A stretch of DNA of 64,000 nucleotides from Candidatus Multivoradales bacterium (GTDB lineage: Bacteria > Acidobacteriota > Thermoanaerobaculia > Multivoradales > JAHEKO01), in the NCBI GenBank assembly GCA_965248055.1, contig CBDFIJ010000004.1:1888001-1952000 (forward strand), given 5' to 3'. The notes beneath the pieces are model-generated. The model ran no database searches and was not told where the DNA came from. It saw nothing but the letters and a program-made list of their open reading frames with translations. The position numbers were made by a program, and so were the translations under genes. This document shows, piece after piece, positions 39,648-49,309 of this stretch. Each line of letters starts with the position of its first letter. Position 1 is the first letter of the stretch.

Positions 39648-41033
39648 ATGTCTTCCAATTCTCCCCATTTAGCGATCTTGGGCGCCGGGCCGATCGGCCT
39701 GGAGGCCGCCCTGGCGGCGACCGAGAGAGGTTGGTCTTTCACTCTCTACGAAGCGGGAGATCGAGTTGCCGACGCGATGCGTCGATGGGGCCATATACGC
39801 CTGTTTTCACCTTGGTCGATCAACGTGTCAGCGCGAGCGCGACGAGTGCTGGAGGGCGAAGCAGAGATTCCCGATGACCACGAGTGTCCCACCGGCGACG
39901 AGTTAGTGGACCGGGTTCTCGATCCCTTGGCTCGCACACCCCAGATTCATCCCCATCTGAAATTGCAGCATCGAGTCCTCGAGATCGGTCGCCGTGGTTT
40001 TCTCAAGGGCGACGCCATCGGTACCGGGGAACGAGATGCGGCACCCTTTCGCCTGCTGATCGACACTCCCGCTGGAGAACAAGCCGCCTCGGCAGATGTG
40101 GTGCTGGATTGCACTGGGGTCTACGGCCAGCCCAACCCCGCCGGCGCCGACGGCATCCGCGCGTTGGGAGAAACCGCAGCAGAGCCTTGGATCACTCGGC
40201 ATCTACCTGACTTTCAACACGACCCTAGCCAGTGGGCCAATCAACGGATCTTGTTGCTCGGCAGTGGCGCTTCTGCCAAGACCGCGGCTCGGGCCTTGGC
40301 GCAGCTAGTCACTTCGCATCCCCAGAAACAAATAGTCTGGGCGATGCGCTCTGACCCGGCAGACTGGCGACTCGACCCCGACGACCCGTTGCACGAGAGA
40401 CAGCAGTTACTCGAATCGGCCATCTCTCTAATTGCAGAGGATTCCAAGTTCGAAATTCTGCCCAATACGCAGATTCAGCGCTTCTTGATTGGGGATTCAG
40501 TTGAGGACTTGCTGACTGAAGAGGCTCTGTCTGAGGAAGCACTGACTGAGGAAGCACTGACTGACGAAGCACTGACTGAGGAGGCTCTGACTGAGGAAGC
40601 ACTGGCTGAGGAGTCACTGGCTGAGGAAGCACTGACTGAGGAATCAGTAGTCGAGGGCGCACCGCCGGCCCCGATTCAAGTTGAACTGGTTCAACAAGAC
40701 GGCGCGTTGCACAAGGTCACGGTCGATCGAGTTCTAGCCTTGACCGGATACTCCGCCGACAACCACCTCTACCGCCAGTTGCAAGTCCACGAGTGCTACG
40801 CCACCGGCGCTCCGATGAAATTGTCCGCCGCGCTATTGTCCGACGGCGGCAGCGCCGACTGCCTGCAACAACCTGAGGTTGGCGCTGAAGCACTGACCAA
40901 CCCCGAGCCGGGTTTCTTTATCCTCGGCGCCAAATCTTACGGGCGCAATCCGACCTTCTTGATGCGTAACGGCTTTGCCCAGGTGGATGAAGTCTTCGAC
41001 CTGCTGGTTGAGCTACGAACCGCCCTGAGATAA
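39648..41033 (+). CDS. FAD-dependent oxidoreductase/flavin monooxygenase-like protein
   Basis: GAGPIGL, WGHIRLFSPW, GSGASA, LQVHECY, GAKSYGRNPTFL. Confidence 0.82.
   Translation: MSSNSPHLAILGAGPIGLEAALAATERGWSFTLYEAGDRVADAMRRWGHIRLFSPWSINVSARARRVLEGEAEIPDDHECPTGDELVDRVLDPLARTPQIHPHLKLQHRVLEIGRRGFLKGDAIGTGERDAAPFRLLIDTPAGEQAASADVVLDCTGVYGQPNPAGADGIRALGETAAEPWITRHLPDFQHDPSQWANQRILLLGSGASAKTAARALAQLVTSHPQKQIVWAMRSDPADWRLDPDDPLHERQQLLESAISLIAEDSKFEILPNTQIQRFLIGDSVEDLLTEEALSEEALTEEALTDEALTEEALTEEALAEESLAEEALTEESVVEGAPPAPIQVELVQQDGALHKVTVDRVLALTGYSADNHLYRQLQVHECYATGAPMKLSAALLSDGGSADCLQQPEVGAEALTNPEPGFFILGAKSYGRNPTFLMRNGFAQVDEVFDLLVELRTALR
40512..40646 (+). repeat. 9 x 15-nt in-frame tandem repeat encoding (LTEEA)n
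   Basis: CTGACTGAGGAAGCA unit with variants inside the flavoprotein gene. Confidence 0.9.
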
Positions 41034-41140
41034 GCCGCCTCTTTGTCATTTGGCGTCATCCGTTAGACTCCTCGCATTCTCGCATCTATCGCGGTCGCCG
41101 CTCTTGAGCACCGAGGTCCGCGGGATCCGAGGAGACCGTC

Positions 41141-42967
41141 GTGGAAAGCAAGAAAATCTTGAGAGTGTTCATTGCCAGCCCCGGTGGGCTGGAAGCCGAA
41201 CGGAGGGCTTTCGCCGAGGAGGTCAAGGAATACAACCGGATCGAATGTCATGGCCGAGACCATCAATTTAAAGCGGTCGCCTGGGAGGAGATGCTATCGA
41301 GTTATGGTCGTCCACAAGCGCAAATCAGCCACGAACTACAAACCTGCGACTATTTCATCCTGGTGCTGCATTTTCGTTGGGGAAGCCCGCCTTCCGCAGA
41401 TCCTGACCATCCGTATTCTTCGGGCAGCGCAGAGGAGTGGGATCTGGCGCTCAAGGGTTTGCAGGACCCCGAGCAGTCGATGCGCGACGTCGCGCTCTAC
41501 TTCAAAAGCGTCTCGCCAGAGCAGATGGCCGACCCAGGCGAACAACTGCAACGAGTGCTCACCTTCCGGAGTAAGGTTGAGGAAGAAAAAGAGATCTTCT
41601 TCCAAACCTTTGATCAAAGCGAGCATTTCTCGACAAGGGTTCGTGAGCTCCTGGCTCGGTGGTCTCGGAAGGAAGAACAAGGGGTTACAACCCGGATTCA
41701 ACCCCAGGCCATCACGCTCAGCTCAGCGGAAACCGGCGAGCGCGTGCTTCTGAGCACGGAACCAGGTCTCGTCGCAGATGCTTGGGTGGCAGCCAACGAA
41801 GGTCGGCTGGTGGACGCGGAGGTTCTGTTTGCCAAGGCCACCACCGGCGTGGTCGATCCTTGGGCCGTTCTTTCCTATGGTGTGTTTCTTGACCGTATTG
41901 GCAGCCTGGTTCGAGCCGAAGCGCTCTTTGAACGAGCATTGGAGATCGCAGGAGACGACAGAGGCGCTGTAGCCGCTGCCTACGGCAACTTGGGGCTGAT
42001 CTACAAAACACGAGGTGACCTAGAGCAAGCGGAATCCATGCACAGAAAATCCCTCGCTATCAATGAGAAACTCAGGCGCAAAGAGAGTATCGCCATCGAC
42101 TACGGCAACTTGGGGTTGATCTACCAAACACGAGGTGACCTAGACCAAGCGGAAACCATGCACAGAAAATCCCTCGCCATCAATGAAGAACTCGGGCGCA
42201 AGGAGGGCATGGCCAGCGACTACGGCAACTTGGGGGGGATCTACCAAACACGAGGCGATCTAGAGCAAGCTGAAGCTATGCTCAGAAAAGCCCTCGCCAT
42301 TGAAGAAGAACTCGGGCGCAAGGAGGGCATGGCCAACAACTACGGCAACTTGGGGGTGATCTACCAAACACGAGGCGATCTAGACCAAGCTGAATCCATG
42401 TATAGAGAATCCCTCGCCATCAATGAGGAACTCGGGCGCAAGGAAGGGATGGCCAACAACTACGGCAACTTGGGGGTGATCTACCAAACACGAGGCGATC
42501 TAGAGCAAGCTGAATCCATGCACAGAAAATCCCTCGCCATCAATGAAGAACTCGGGCGCAAGGAGGGGATGGCCAGCAACTACGGCAACTTGGGGTTGGT
42601 CTACCGAACACGAGGCGATCTAGAGCAAGCTGAATCCATGCTCAGAAAAGCCCTCGCCATCGAAGAAGAGCTCGGGCGCAAGGAGGGCATGGCCAGCAAC
42701 TACGGCAACTTGGGGGGGATCTACCAAACACGAGGCGATCTAGAGCAAGCGGAAACCATGCACAGAAAATCCCTCGCCATTGAAGAAGAGCTCGGGCGCA
42801 AGGAGGGCATGGCCAGCGACTACGGCAACTTGGGGGTGATCTACCAAACACGAGGCGATCTAGAGCAAGCTCGAGCTAGCTGGGAAAGGGCTCTCTTGCT
42901 GTTCCAGGAGATAGGAGCGACTCCGAAAGTGGCGATTGTCGCTGGGTGGCTCGAAGAGTTGGACTAG
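41141..42967 (+). CDS. DUF4062-like N-terminal domain plus TPR-repeat protein
   Basis: RVFIASPGGLEAER, CDYFILVLHFRWGS, GSAEEW; C-terminal 40-aa repeats. Confidence 0.82.
   Translation: MESKKILRVFIASPGGLEAERRAFAEEVKEYNRIECHGRDHQFKAVAWEEMLSSYGRPQAQISHELQTCDYFILVLHFRWGSPPSADPDHPYSSGSAEEWDLALKGLQDPEQSMRDVALYFKSVSPEQMADPGEQLQRVLTFRSKVEEEKEIFFQTFDQSEHFSTRVRELLARWSRKEEQGVTTRIQPQAITLSSAETGERVLLSTEPGLVADAWVAANEGRLVDAEVLFAKATTGVVDPWAVLSYGVFLDRIGSLVRAEALFERALEIAGDDRGAVAAAYGNLGLIYKTRGDLEQAESMHRKSLAINEKLRRKESIAIDYGNLGLIYQTRGDLDQAETMHRKSLAINEELGRKEGMASDYGNLGGIYQTRGDLEQAEAMLRKALAIEEELGRKEGMANNYGNLGVIYQTRGDLDQAESMYRESLAINEELGRKEGMANNYGNLGVIYQTRGDLEQAESMHRKSLAINEELGRKEGMASNYGNLGLVYRTRGDLEQAESMLRKALAIEEELGRKEGMASNYGNLGGIYQTRGDLEQAETMHRKSLAIEEELGRKEGMASDYGNLGVIYQTRGDLEQARASWERALLLFQEIGATPKVAIVAGWLEELD
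41981..42871 (+). repeat. Eight near-identical 120-nt TPR-coding repeats (last one partial)
   Basis: TACGGCAACTTGGGG recurs at 41981, 42101, 42221, 42341, 42461, 42581, 42701 and 42821. Confidence 0.95.
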
Positions 42968-43024
42968 CTTGGCGTTGGGACTTGGGGTGGGGTTTGGGGC
43001 TTGTGTTTTGTGTCAGGGGGCCGC

Positions 43025-43768
43025 CTAGCCTCGATCACCAACCACATAAAGTTTGGAGAGATCGGACGACTGTGACTCGCCTTCGATAGTCACCCGAACA
43101 TCCACCACCCCGCCAAACTGACCCTGAAGCCAGGTTCGCACCCATTCTTCGGTCTGTTCACGCGCGGTAGCGGCCACCAGGTCACGGTGTGCGGAGGCTT
43201 GGGCATCTAACCACTCCGTCATGCGACTGCGCACGCGTTCGATCGCTGCGGCTTCGTCACGCAGAGGGTTGTCGCCGCCGGCATCGAGTTGCATTGCCGA
43301 GATATCGACGGCGGGGGGATTCCAGCGTAGCTCTGGCGCTTCAACGGTCAGAACTCCGGTCTGTTCATCCCAGGTGAGGGTCCAGGGGTCGTTGAGATCG
43401 AGGTAGTAGGTGTAGGTCACCGGAACTTCTGCCCGGACCACGACATCCGGCAATTGCAGCTGACCCCAAAGAACCGACGCAGCATCTCGTTGTGACACCA
43501 CTTCGGTGGTTTCCAGGGTGGCAACTTGTAGGCGTTGTACGCCTTCGACCTCGGTGGCGTAGTTGGTCAGTCGAGTGGTTAAGGTGCCTTCTCGGTAGGC
43601 GCGAGCAATGGCGGCGGCGGTCTTTCCCGCTTGGTCTAAGGAGGGCAAGCTGGGCACCGCTCTCAAGAACAGCCACCACGCCAGAACCGCCAAGCCGACC
43701 ACCAACACCAGTGCCAGCGGCCAACCAATCAGGCGAGAGCGGGAAGAGCTTTGATTCTGCGAAGACAT
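43025..43768 (-). CDS. Membrane-anchored DUF4230-like protein
   Basis: N-terminal TM; LQVATLE, VPVTYTYYLDL, LTVEAP. Confidence 0.65.
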   Translation of the reverse strand: MSSQNQSSSRSRLIGWPLALVLVVGLAVLAWWLFLRAVPSLPSLDQAGKTAAAIARAYREGTLTTRLTNYATEVEGVQRLQVATLETTEVVSQRDAASVLWGQLQLPDVVVRAEVPVTYTYYLDLNDPWTLTWDEQTGVLTVEAPELRWNPPAVDISAMQLDAGGDNPLRDEAAAIERVRSRMTEWLDAQASAHRDLVAATAREQTEEWVRTWLQGQFGGVVDVRVTIEGESQSSDLSKLYVVGDRG

Positions 43769-43797
43769 TGCTTGATGGCTGGGAATGGGAGTAATGG

Positions 43798-44661
43798 CTA
43801 GCCTGGAAAATCGTCGCTACGCGGGGTCCAGCCGGTTTCCGGATCGGAGTTTGACTCAGAGTCTGCTTCAGAACTGGAACTGGTCGATTCGACGGTCACC
43901 CAGCCGCGCACTTGAAAATCTGCCCGGCAGCCACGGTCGACCCAAACCAGTTCGCGTTCGCGACCCCAACTGGTGCCCTCAACACACGGCGCTTGACTGC
44001 GACGGCGTTCCAAGGCGACTTCAGCATTCAAAGGAATCCGGCAAACGCTGCGTCGGCCGTTGTTGGATTGGCAGCTGACGCGACCGGTGCGTAGTTCTTG
44101 GCTGGGGTCAACGCGGAAGCGTCCGCGACAGCCGCCATCGACCCAGATCTCTCCCGAGCGCACCCCCCAATTCCGGCTCTCTTGGCAAGGTACTGCGCCC
44201 GTGTTGCGCACCAGTTCAACTTTCCCTGGGGTGGGTAGTGCGCAGGTTTGATAGCGGACCCCGACACGGCCGCACTCCAGTTCGACGATCTGATTGACCG
44301 GGCTCGGGGCAACGCCGATCGCTTGTCCGCCGGGAAAGGTCCAGATCTCAACTTCAAAGACCCGTCCGTTGCTGTCCAAGCGGCACGACCCACGGTGGCC
44401 GAGGAGACTTTTCCAGGTCAAGAGGTCTGTGGACTGGCCCGCCTGTGGGTGGGCTTCTTGCGCCGAGACTTCACTGCCGGTCAAGGCTTCGGCGGCTCGG
44501 CGGCAATCTTCTGCATCGGCGCTCGCCAGGCTTGGTACCAACAGGATCGACGCCGCAGTAACCACAAGGACTAGCGCACGGTGGCGTTGCGGCGCGTAGC
44601 GCGTTTCGGGGTTGGGGCCGGGGTTGGGGTTGGGGTTAGGGTTAGGGTTAGCGTACTTCAT
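43798..44661 (-). CDS. Secreted DUF3011-domain protein
   Basis: Two C.S...C...C..G.SWG....WVD.GCR..F units; signal-like segment. Confidence 0.8.
   Translation of the reverse strand: MKYANPNPNPNPNPGPNPETRYAPQRHRALVLVVTAASILLVPSLASADAEDCRRAAEALTGSEVSAQEAHPQAGQSTDLLTWKSLLGHRGSCRLDSNGRVFEVEIWTFPGGQAIGVAPSPVNQIVELECGRVGVRYQTCALPTPGKVELVRNTGAVPCQESRNWGVRSGEIWVDGGCRGRFRVDPSQELRTGRVSCQSNNGRRSVCRIPLNAEVALERRRSQAPCVEGTSWGRERELVWVDRGCRADFQVRGWVTVESTSSSSEADSESNSDPETGWTPRSDDFPG
44608..44650. repeat. GGGGTT/GGGTTA hexamer run encoding NPNPNP
   Basis: Seven G-tracts at 6-nt period. Confidence 0.8.
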
Positions 44662-45329
44662 CGCTCCTCCTCAGGATGTTGCAGCCAGTCTTGCAATTCA
44701 ATCACCCGCGACAGGCATGCGAGCGGCCCCTCAGCCAGCAGTACCTCTCGGGGTTGTGCGCCGCTGGTGACGCCGATGGCGTCGACCCCGGCGTTTCGTG
44801 CCATCGCTAAGTCGTGAATCGAGTCGCCGATCACCAAGGATTGATCGGCGCGAAAGCCCGCTTCTTCCAACAGCCCTAAGACCATCGCCGGATGGGGCTT
44901 GGACTCGGACTCGTCCACCGTACGGCTGATGGCAAAGTGGCCGGCAACCCCGGTGGTGGCAAAGTCGTCGACCAGCCCGTCGCGGGTCTTGGCGGTGGCG
45001 ATCGCCAGGGTGTGCCCGGAGGCCGCCAGGGTGGCAAGCATCGGCTCCACGCCGCCAAATAGCTTGGAGCGTCGGTTGAACCCGCCGCGCCAAAGTCGTC
45101 GGTAGGTATCAAGCACCTCTTGGTAGGTCTGCTCGCTGCATCCGGGCGCCAGTTGGTCCACCGTCTCACGCAGCCCAAGTCCGATCGCGGCGCGGATTTC
45201 AGACGCCGGAAGCGCGCTTAACCCCAACTCCGCCACGGTCTCCTGGGTGCAGGCGACGATGGTCTCGATTGAGTCGATGAGGGTGCCGTCCCAATCAAAG
45301 ATTAAGAACGGATAACGGTTGGCGCGCAT
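44658..45329 (-). CDS. HAD-IA hydrolase (phosphoglycolate phosphatase-like)
   Basis: FDWDGTLIDS, KPHP, IGDSIHDL. Confidence 0.9.
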   Translation of the reverse strand: MRANRYPFLIFDWDGTLIDSIETIVACTQETVAELGLSALPASEIRAAIGLGLRETVDQLAPGCSEQTYQEVLDTYRRLWRGGFNRRSKLFGGVEPMLATLAASGHTLAIATAKTRDGLVDDFATTGVAGHFAISRTVDESESKPHPAMVLGLLEEAGFRADQSLVIGDSIHDLAMARNAGVDAIGVTSGAQPREVLLAEGPLACLSRVIELQDWLQHPEEER

Positions 45330-45429
45330 GGATTAGTTGGGTAAACGGTCTCGGTGAATCATCTGGAAAACCCAATCAGAAAACCAGTTAGAAAAGTCCT
45401 GTCAGAAAATGCAGTGGACACCGATGGTC

Positions 45430-46398
45430 TCACAATAGTGTGACGCAAATGCGGTCAGGGTTCGCTGAATCGGGCCGAGTCAGCATCGCCGAAGAGTACA
45501 TGGTATCGCTGGCCAGCTCGACGCCAGGGCCAACCACGACGCGCGACAACCGAGTGTGTTCTCCCAGCCTAGCCCCAGCCAAGACCACGCTGTCGACAAT
45601 TTCTGCGCTCTCTGGAACTTCGGCCTGCGCCGAAACCGGAGAGCTGCCTTCTCGTTGACAAGTCGCCAACACGCCGTCGAGATAACGCGATGGGGTTCCC
45701 AGGTCAAACCATGGTCGATCGGCGGTGTAGGCGGCGATTACTTGGCCCCGGTCAAGGGCTGGTTGATAGAGATCGCGCACGGTGTCGCAGCGTTTGACCG
45801 CAAGCCCCTGGAGAATCTTGGGGTCAAAGACCTGTAACCCGGCAAACACGCGTGCCTCTCCGGGCGCCGGTTGGAGAAATCCCCGCACATACCCGTTTTC
45901 GACGCCAATGCCGCCACCAAAGCGAACCGGGTCGGCAAACGAGGAAACCAGCAGGGTCGCCAACGCTTCCGTGCTTCGGTGGTGTTCGATCACCGCAGCA
46001 ATCGGCCACTGGCACAGCGAGTCGCCGTTGATCACCACTGCCAATTCAGCGGGTTCCAGGAACTCTTGGAGCTGAGCCAAGGCCCCGAGGGTGCCCAGAA
46101 GCTCTGCTTCCTCGGAATAGACCACCGGCATGTCGGCAAAGGTGTCGCCCAGATAGCCGCGGATCTTGTCGCCAAGGTGATGCAGGTTGAGGGCGACAGC
46201 CTCGACCCCCGCTTGGGCCAGTTCGCTGAGGGTGCGCTCCAGGATCACCCTTTCGCCCACTGGGAGCAGCGGCTTAGGAATCTCGTCGGTCAGGGGGCGC
46301 AGGCGTTGGCCGCGCCCCGCCGCCAGCACCACGGCCCTAATCTTCGCTGCTTGATTTCTTGGTTGCTCGGCTGCGCGAGCCTCCGGTTCTTGGGTCAT
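45430..46398 (-). CDS. NDP-sugar pyrophosphorylase family nucleotidyltransferase
   Basis: LAAGRGQRLRPLTDEIPKPLLPV, INGD, WFDLGTP. Confidence 0.88.
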   Translation of the reverse strand: MTQEPEARAAEQPRNQAAKIRAVVLAAGRGQRLRPLTDEIPKPLLPVGERVILERTLSELAQAGVEAVALNLHHLGDKIRGYLGDTFADMPVVYSEEAELLGTLGALAQLQEFLEPAELAVVINGDSLCQWPIAAVIEHHRSTEALATLLVSSFADPVRFGGGIGVENGYVRGFLQPAPGEARVFAGLQVFDPKILQGLAVKRCDTVRDLYQPALDRGQVIAAYTADRPWFDLGTPSRYLDGVLATCQREGSSPVSAQAEVPESAEIVDSVVLAGARLGEHTRLSRVVVGPGVELASDTMYSSAMLTRPDSANPDRICVTLL

Positions 46399-46421
46399 GG
46401 AATCCCCAGCGGCAGGAGCCA

Positions 46422-46967
46422 CTAGTCAAAGACCATGTGGCGCGGGGCGTCGGGGTGCTCCTCGCGGTAGGTCTCGTAGAGCTCGACGTAGCTTTCAGTC
46501 TCCGCGTCCGCGGGATCGAAACCCATCAGCGCTACCACCTCGGCCGCGCGGTCACCCTCGATTTCGACGAAACTGCCAATCGGCGTTTCGTCCAAAGCGA
46601 TCTCGGCGCTTCCCAGGTGCCAAGTGGAGCGTCGCTTTTCGTAGTAGCCGGTTTCTTCGAACTCGACCGCCTCAAGTAGCGTTCGTGCCGCTTCCAGGTC
46701 GCTGATCCCGAGTTCGATCTCAGTGCGTACTCGTGCCCCTTTTTCATGGGTGACCGGACCTTTGTAGGTCAACCGAGCGCCACTGTGGTCTTGGCGCAGA
46801 CGCAGCACTTGGCCGGAACTGCGAATGCGGCTGCCACGATCAAAAAGCCAATTGCGCTCCAAGGCAGAGCGCTCGCCGCGCTCCGCGCCGATACCTTTGA
46901 TCTGCTCGATCACAGCGCCCAGGGACTCGACCCGAAACTTGTATTCCCGTTCGATGTCGTTGGTCAC
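46422..46967 (-). CDS. CYTH-domain protein (class IV adenylate cyclase-like)
   Basis: EREYKF, LRLR, LTYKGP, YEKRR, FVEIEG. Confidence 0.85.
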   Translation of the reverse strand: MTNDIEREYKFRVESLGAVIEQIKGIGAERGERSALERNWLFDRGSRIRSSGQVLRLRQDHSGARLTYKGPVTHEKGARVRTEIELGISDLEAARTLLEAVEFEETGYYEKRRSTWHLGSAEIALDETPIGSFVEIEGDRAAEVVALMGFDPADAETESYVELYETYREEHPDAPRHMVFD

Positions 46968-48350
46968 CTAAGTGGACGCTCCCAGTCGATCGAGAAAGCG
47001 CACCGTGGTGCGAATACCGGCGTAGAAATTGGGAATGTCGAACTTCTCGTTGGGTGAGTGCAAGCGGTCGTCGTTGAGGCCAAAGCCCATCAACAGCACC
47101 GGCGTTTTTAGAACCTCGGCAAAGGTGGCAACAATCGGGATCGATCCACCTTCCCGCACTTTGACCGAGGCGACTCCCCAAATGTCCGCCTGGGCGGCGA
47201 CTGCGGACTCGGCGATCGGCCCATCCAAAGAAACCAAGACCGGCTTTGCGCCGTGGACGTAGTCCACCTTGACCCGCACCCCAGCTGGCGCCACTTGATC
47301 GATGTAGTCAATGGTCAAATCGGCGATCTCTTGCGGATCTTGATCGGGAACCAAGCGCATCGAAAACTTGGCGCCAGCCCACGCCGGCAGCACGGTCTTG
47401 GCGCCCTCTCCTTGATAGCCACCAAAGATGCCATTGACGTCCAAGGTCGGGCGCGCCCAGACCCGTTCGAGGTGGGTGTAGCCTTGTTCACCGCACAGCT
47501 CGTCAACGTCCAGCTCGGCGGCAAATTCTTCATTGCTGAAAGGCAGCTTGCCGAAGCCCTCCCGCTCCCAGTCTTCCAACGGTCGCACCCGGTCGTAGAA
47601 CTCGGGAATCATCACCCGCCCGGTCTCTGGATCGTGGAGCCGCGAAAGGATGGTCGCTAGGGCGTTGGCGGGGTTGGCGACACCGCCGCCGTAGGTGCCC
47701 GAGTGCAGATCGTGGTTCGGGCCGTCGACTCTCAGCTCAACGTAGCAAAGACCCTTGAGCCCATAGAGCAGCGACGGTTGGCCGGGGGCATACATCGACG
47801 AGTCAGAAATCACCACCGCGTCACAGGCCAAAAGTTGGCCAGCGTCTTCGCGCACGAAGTGCTCGATTGATTCGCCGCCGGATTCTTCTTCGCCTTCGAT
47901 CAGAAACTTGACGTTGACCGGAAGCTCGCCGCGTTCAGCGATCAGCGCCTCCACCGCCTTTAGATGGCAAAACGATTGCCCTTTGTCGTCGGTGGCTCCG
48001 CGAGCCACAAGTTGCTCGCCTTCGACGGTCGGCTCGAAGGGGTCGTGGCGCCACTCTTCCAGAGGCTCAGGGGGCTGGACGTCGTAGTGCCCATAAAACA
48101 ACACCGTCGGCTTGTCGTCGCTGACCTTGCGCTCGCCATAGACCATCGGGTGGCCGTTGGTCTCGATCAACCGGGCGCTAACGCCGACGGCTTCCATTTT
48201 CTCGATGACGAAATTGGCGCAGCGGAGGATTTCTTCCGCGTAGGCGGGGTCGGTCGAGATCGACGGGATGCGAATGTAATCCTTGAGTTCTTCTAGGTAC
48301 CGCTCACCGTCTTGGTCGATGCGAGAAAATACATCTTGGCTGTCTGTCAT
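46968..48350 (-). CDS. M20 family dipeptidase
   Basis: YGHYDVQP, RGATDDKGQ, EGEEESG, HSPNEKF. Confidence 0.92.
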   Translation of the reverse strand: MTDSQDVFSRIDQDGERYLEELKDYIRIPSISTDPAYAEEILRCANFVIEKMEAVGVSARLIETNGHPMVYGERKVSDDKPTVLFYGHYDVQPPEPLEEWRHDPFEPTVEGEQLVARGATDDKGQSFCHLKAVEALIAERGELPVNVKFLIEGEEESGGESIEHFVREDAGQLLACDAVVISDSSMYAPGQPSLLYGLKGLCYVELRVDGPNHDLHSGTYGGGVANPANALATILSRLHDPETGRVMIPEFYDRVRPLEDWEREGFGKLPFSNEEFAAELDVDELCGEQGYTHLERVWARPTLDVNGIFGGYQGEGAKTVLPAWAGAKFSMRLVPDQDPQEIADLTIDYIDQVAPAGVRVKVDYVHGAKPVLVSLDGPIAESAVAAQADIWGVASVKVREGGSIPIVATFAEVLKTPVLLMGFGLNDDRLHSPNEKFDIPNFYAGIRTTVRFLDRLGAST

Positions 48351-48420
48351 GCTTGGTCCTTGGTTACTTACTGCGTCATTGTTCTAGGTCGAATCTTGGG
48401 TCGGCGTATCGGCTCGGCGT

Positions 48421-49293
48421 TTAAGGGCCCTGCCTGGGGGTGAGTCCATCCAGTCCATGCCAGGTTTCATCGGAGTCATCAAATACCGGGAGGTTGGGCT
48501 CCCAGCCAAACTTTTCCATCGATCGCCAGCCCCACAGGATGGACCACTTGGCGAAGGTGCCGTAGGCCTGCGTGCCACAGAACACCAAGCCGTGAAGGCC
48601 ATCGAGAATACCGAGTTGGATGAAGTAGGTGCGAAAAAAACGCCATGCAGGGCGAAACACCACCTCTATCAAGCCGACGCGACGGCCTTCGCGCCAGAGT
48701 TGCGAGGCGCCCCAAATTCCATACCGAGTGATGCGCTCAAAGTACTCCGAGAGATCGTAGGCCATGTAGTGACGGAGCCGATTCTTGAGCCTCAGGGTCG
48801 GCCCTTCGGTGACCATGTCGGCGTGTACCCGGCGGTTGGGGTAGCGCGCTTTGCCTCGCTCAAACAAGCGCACCACCTCATCGTGTTGAAAGCCGGAGAA
48901 GCAAATCTCGTGGTTTAGAAAATACACCCGCCGACGGATCACATAGGCGACACGATCCGGCCCAGCGGCGAGTAAGTCTTCGATTTCTTGTTGCAGTTTC
49001 GGGGTACAGCGTTCGTCGGCGTCGAAGATCAACAGCCAATCGTGCTCAGTGTTGTCGATCGCCCAGTTTTTCTGCGCCGCTGAACCGAAATAGGTGCGTT
49101 GCTCCAATCGAACATTGGGGAACGATTGGACGATCTCTACCGTGCGGTCAGTCGAGAACGAGTCCACCACCAAAATCTCTTCACACCAAGACAACGACTC
49201 CAAACATTCAGCAATGGTGTTCTCTTCGTTGAAGGTGGTGACGATTGCTGAAATCGCCGGACGCTGCTGGTCAGCTGTTTGCACGTTACTCAT
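48421..49293 (-). CDS. Glycosyltransferase family 2 (WaaE/KdtX-like)
   Basis: TFNEE, VVDSFSTDRT, FDADER, GILDG. Confidence 0.88.
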   Translation of the reverse strand: MSNVQTADQQRPAISAIVTTFNEENTIAECLESLSWCEEILVVDSFSTDRTVEIVQSFPNVRLEQRTYFGSAAQKNWAIDNTEHDWLLIFDADERCTPKLQQEIEDLLAAGPDRVAYVIRRRVYFLNHEICFSGFQHDEVVRLFERGKARYPNRRVHADMVTEGPTLRLKNRLRHYMAYDLSEYFERITRYGIWGASQLWREGRRVGLIEVVFRPAWRFFRTYFIQLGILDGLHGLVFCGTQAYGTFAKWSILWGWRSMEKFGWEPNLPVFDDSDETWHGLDGLTPRQGP

Positions 49294-49309
49294 CGTTTTC
49301 TTGCTAAGC

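Noticed and set aside
41981-42871. Regular repeats as a CRISPR array
   Set aside because: The whole 120-nt unit is conserved and in frame, with no unique spacers and no cas genes
45363-45412. Repeated AGAAAA motifs in the spacer before the HAD gene
   Set aside because: Irregular period and low information content
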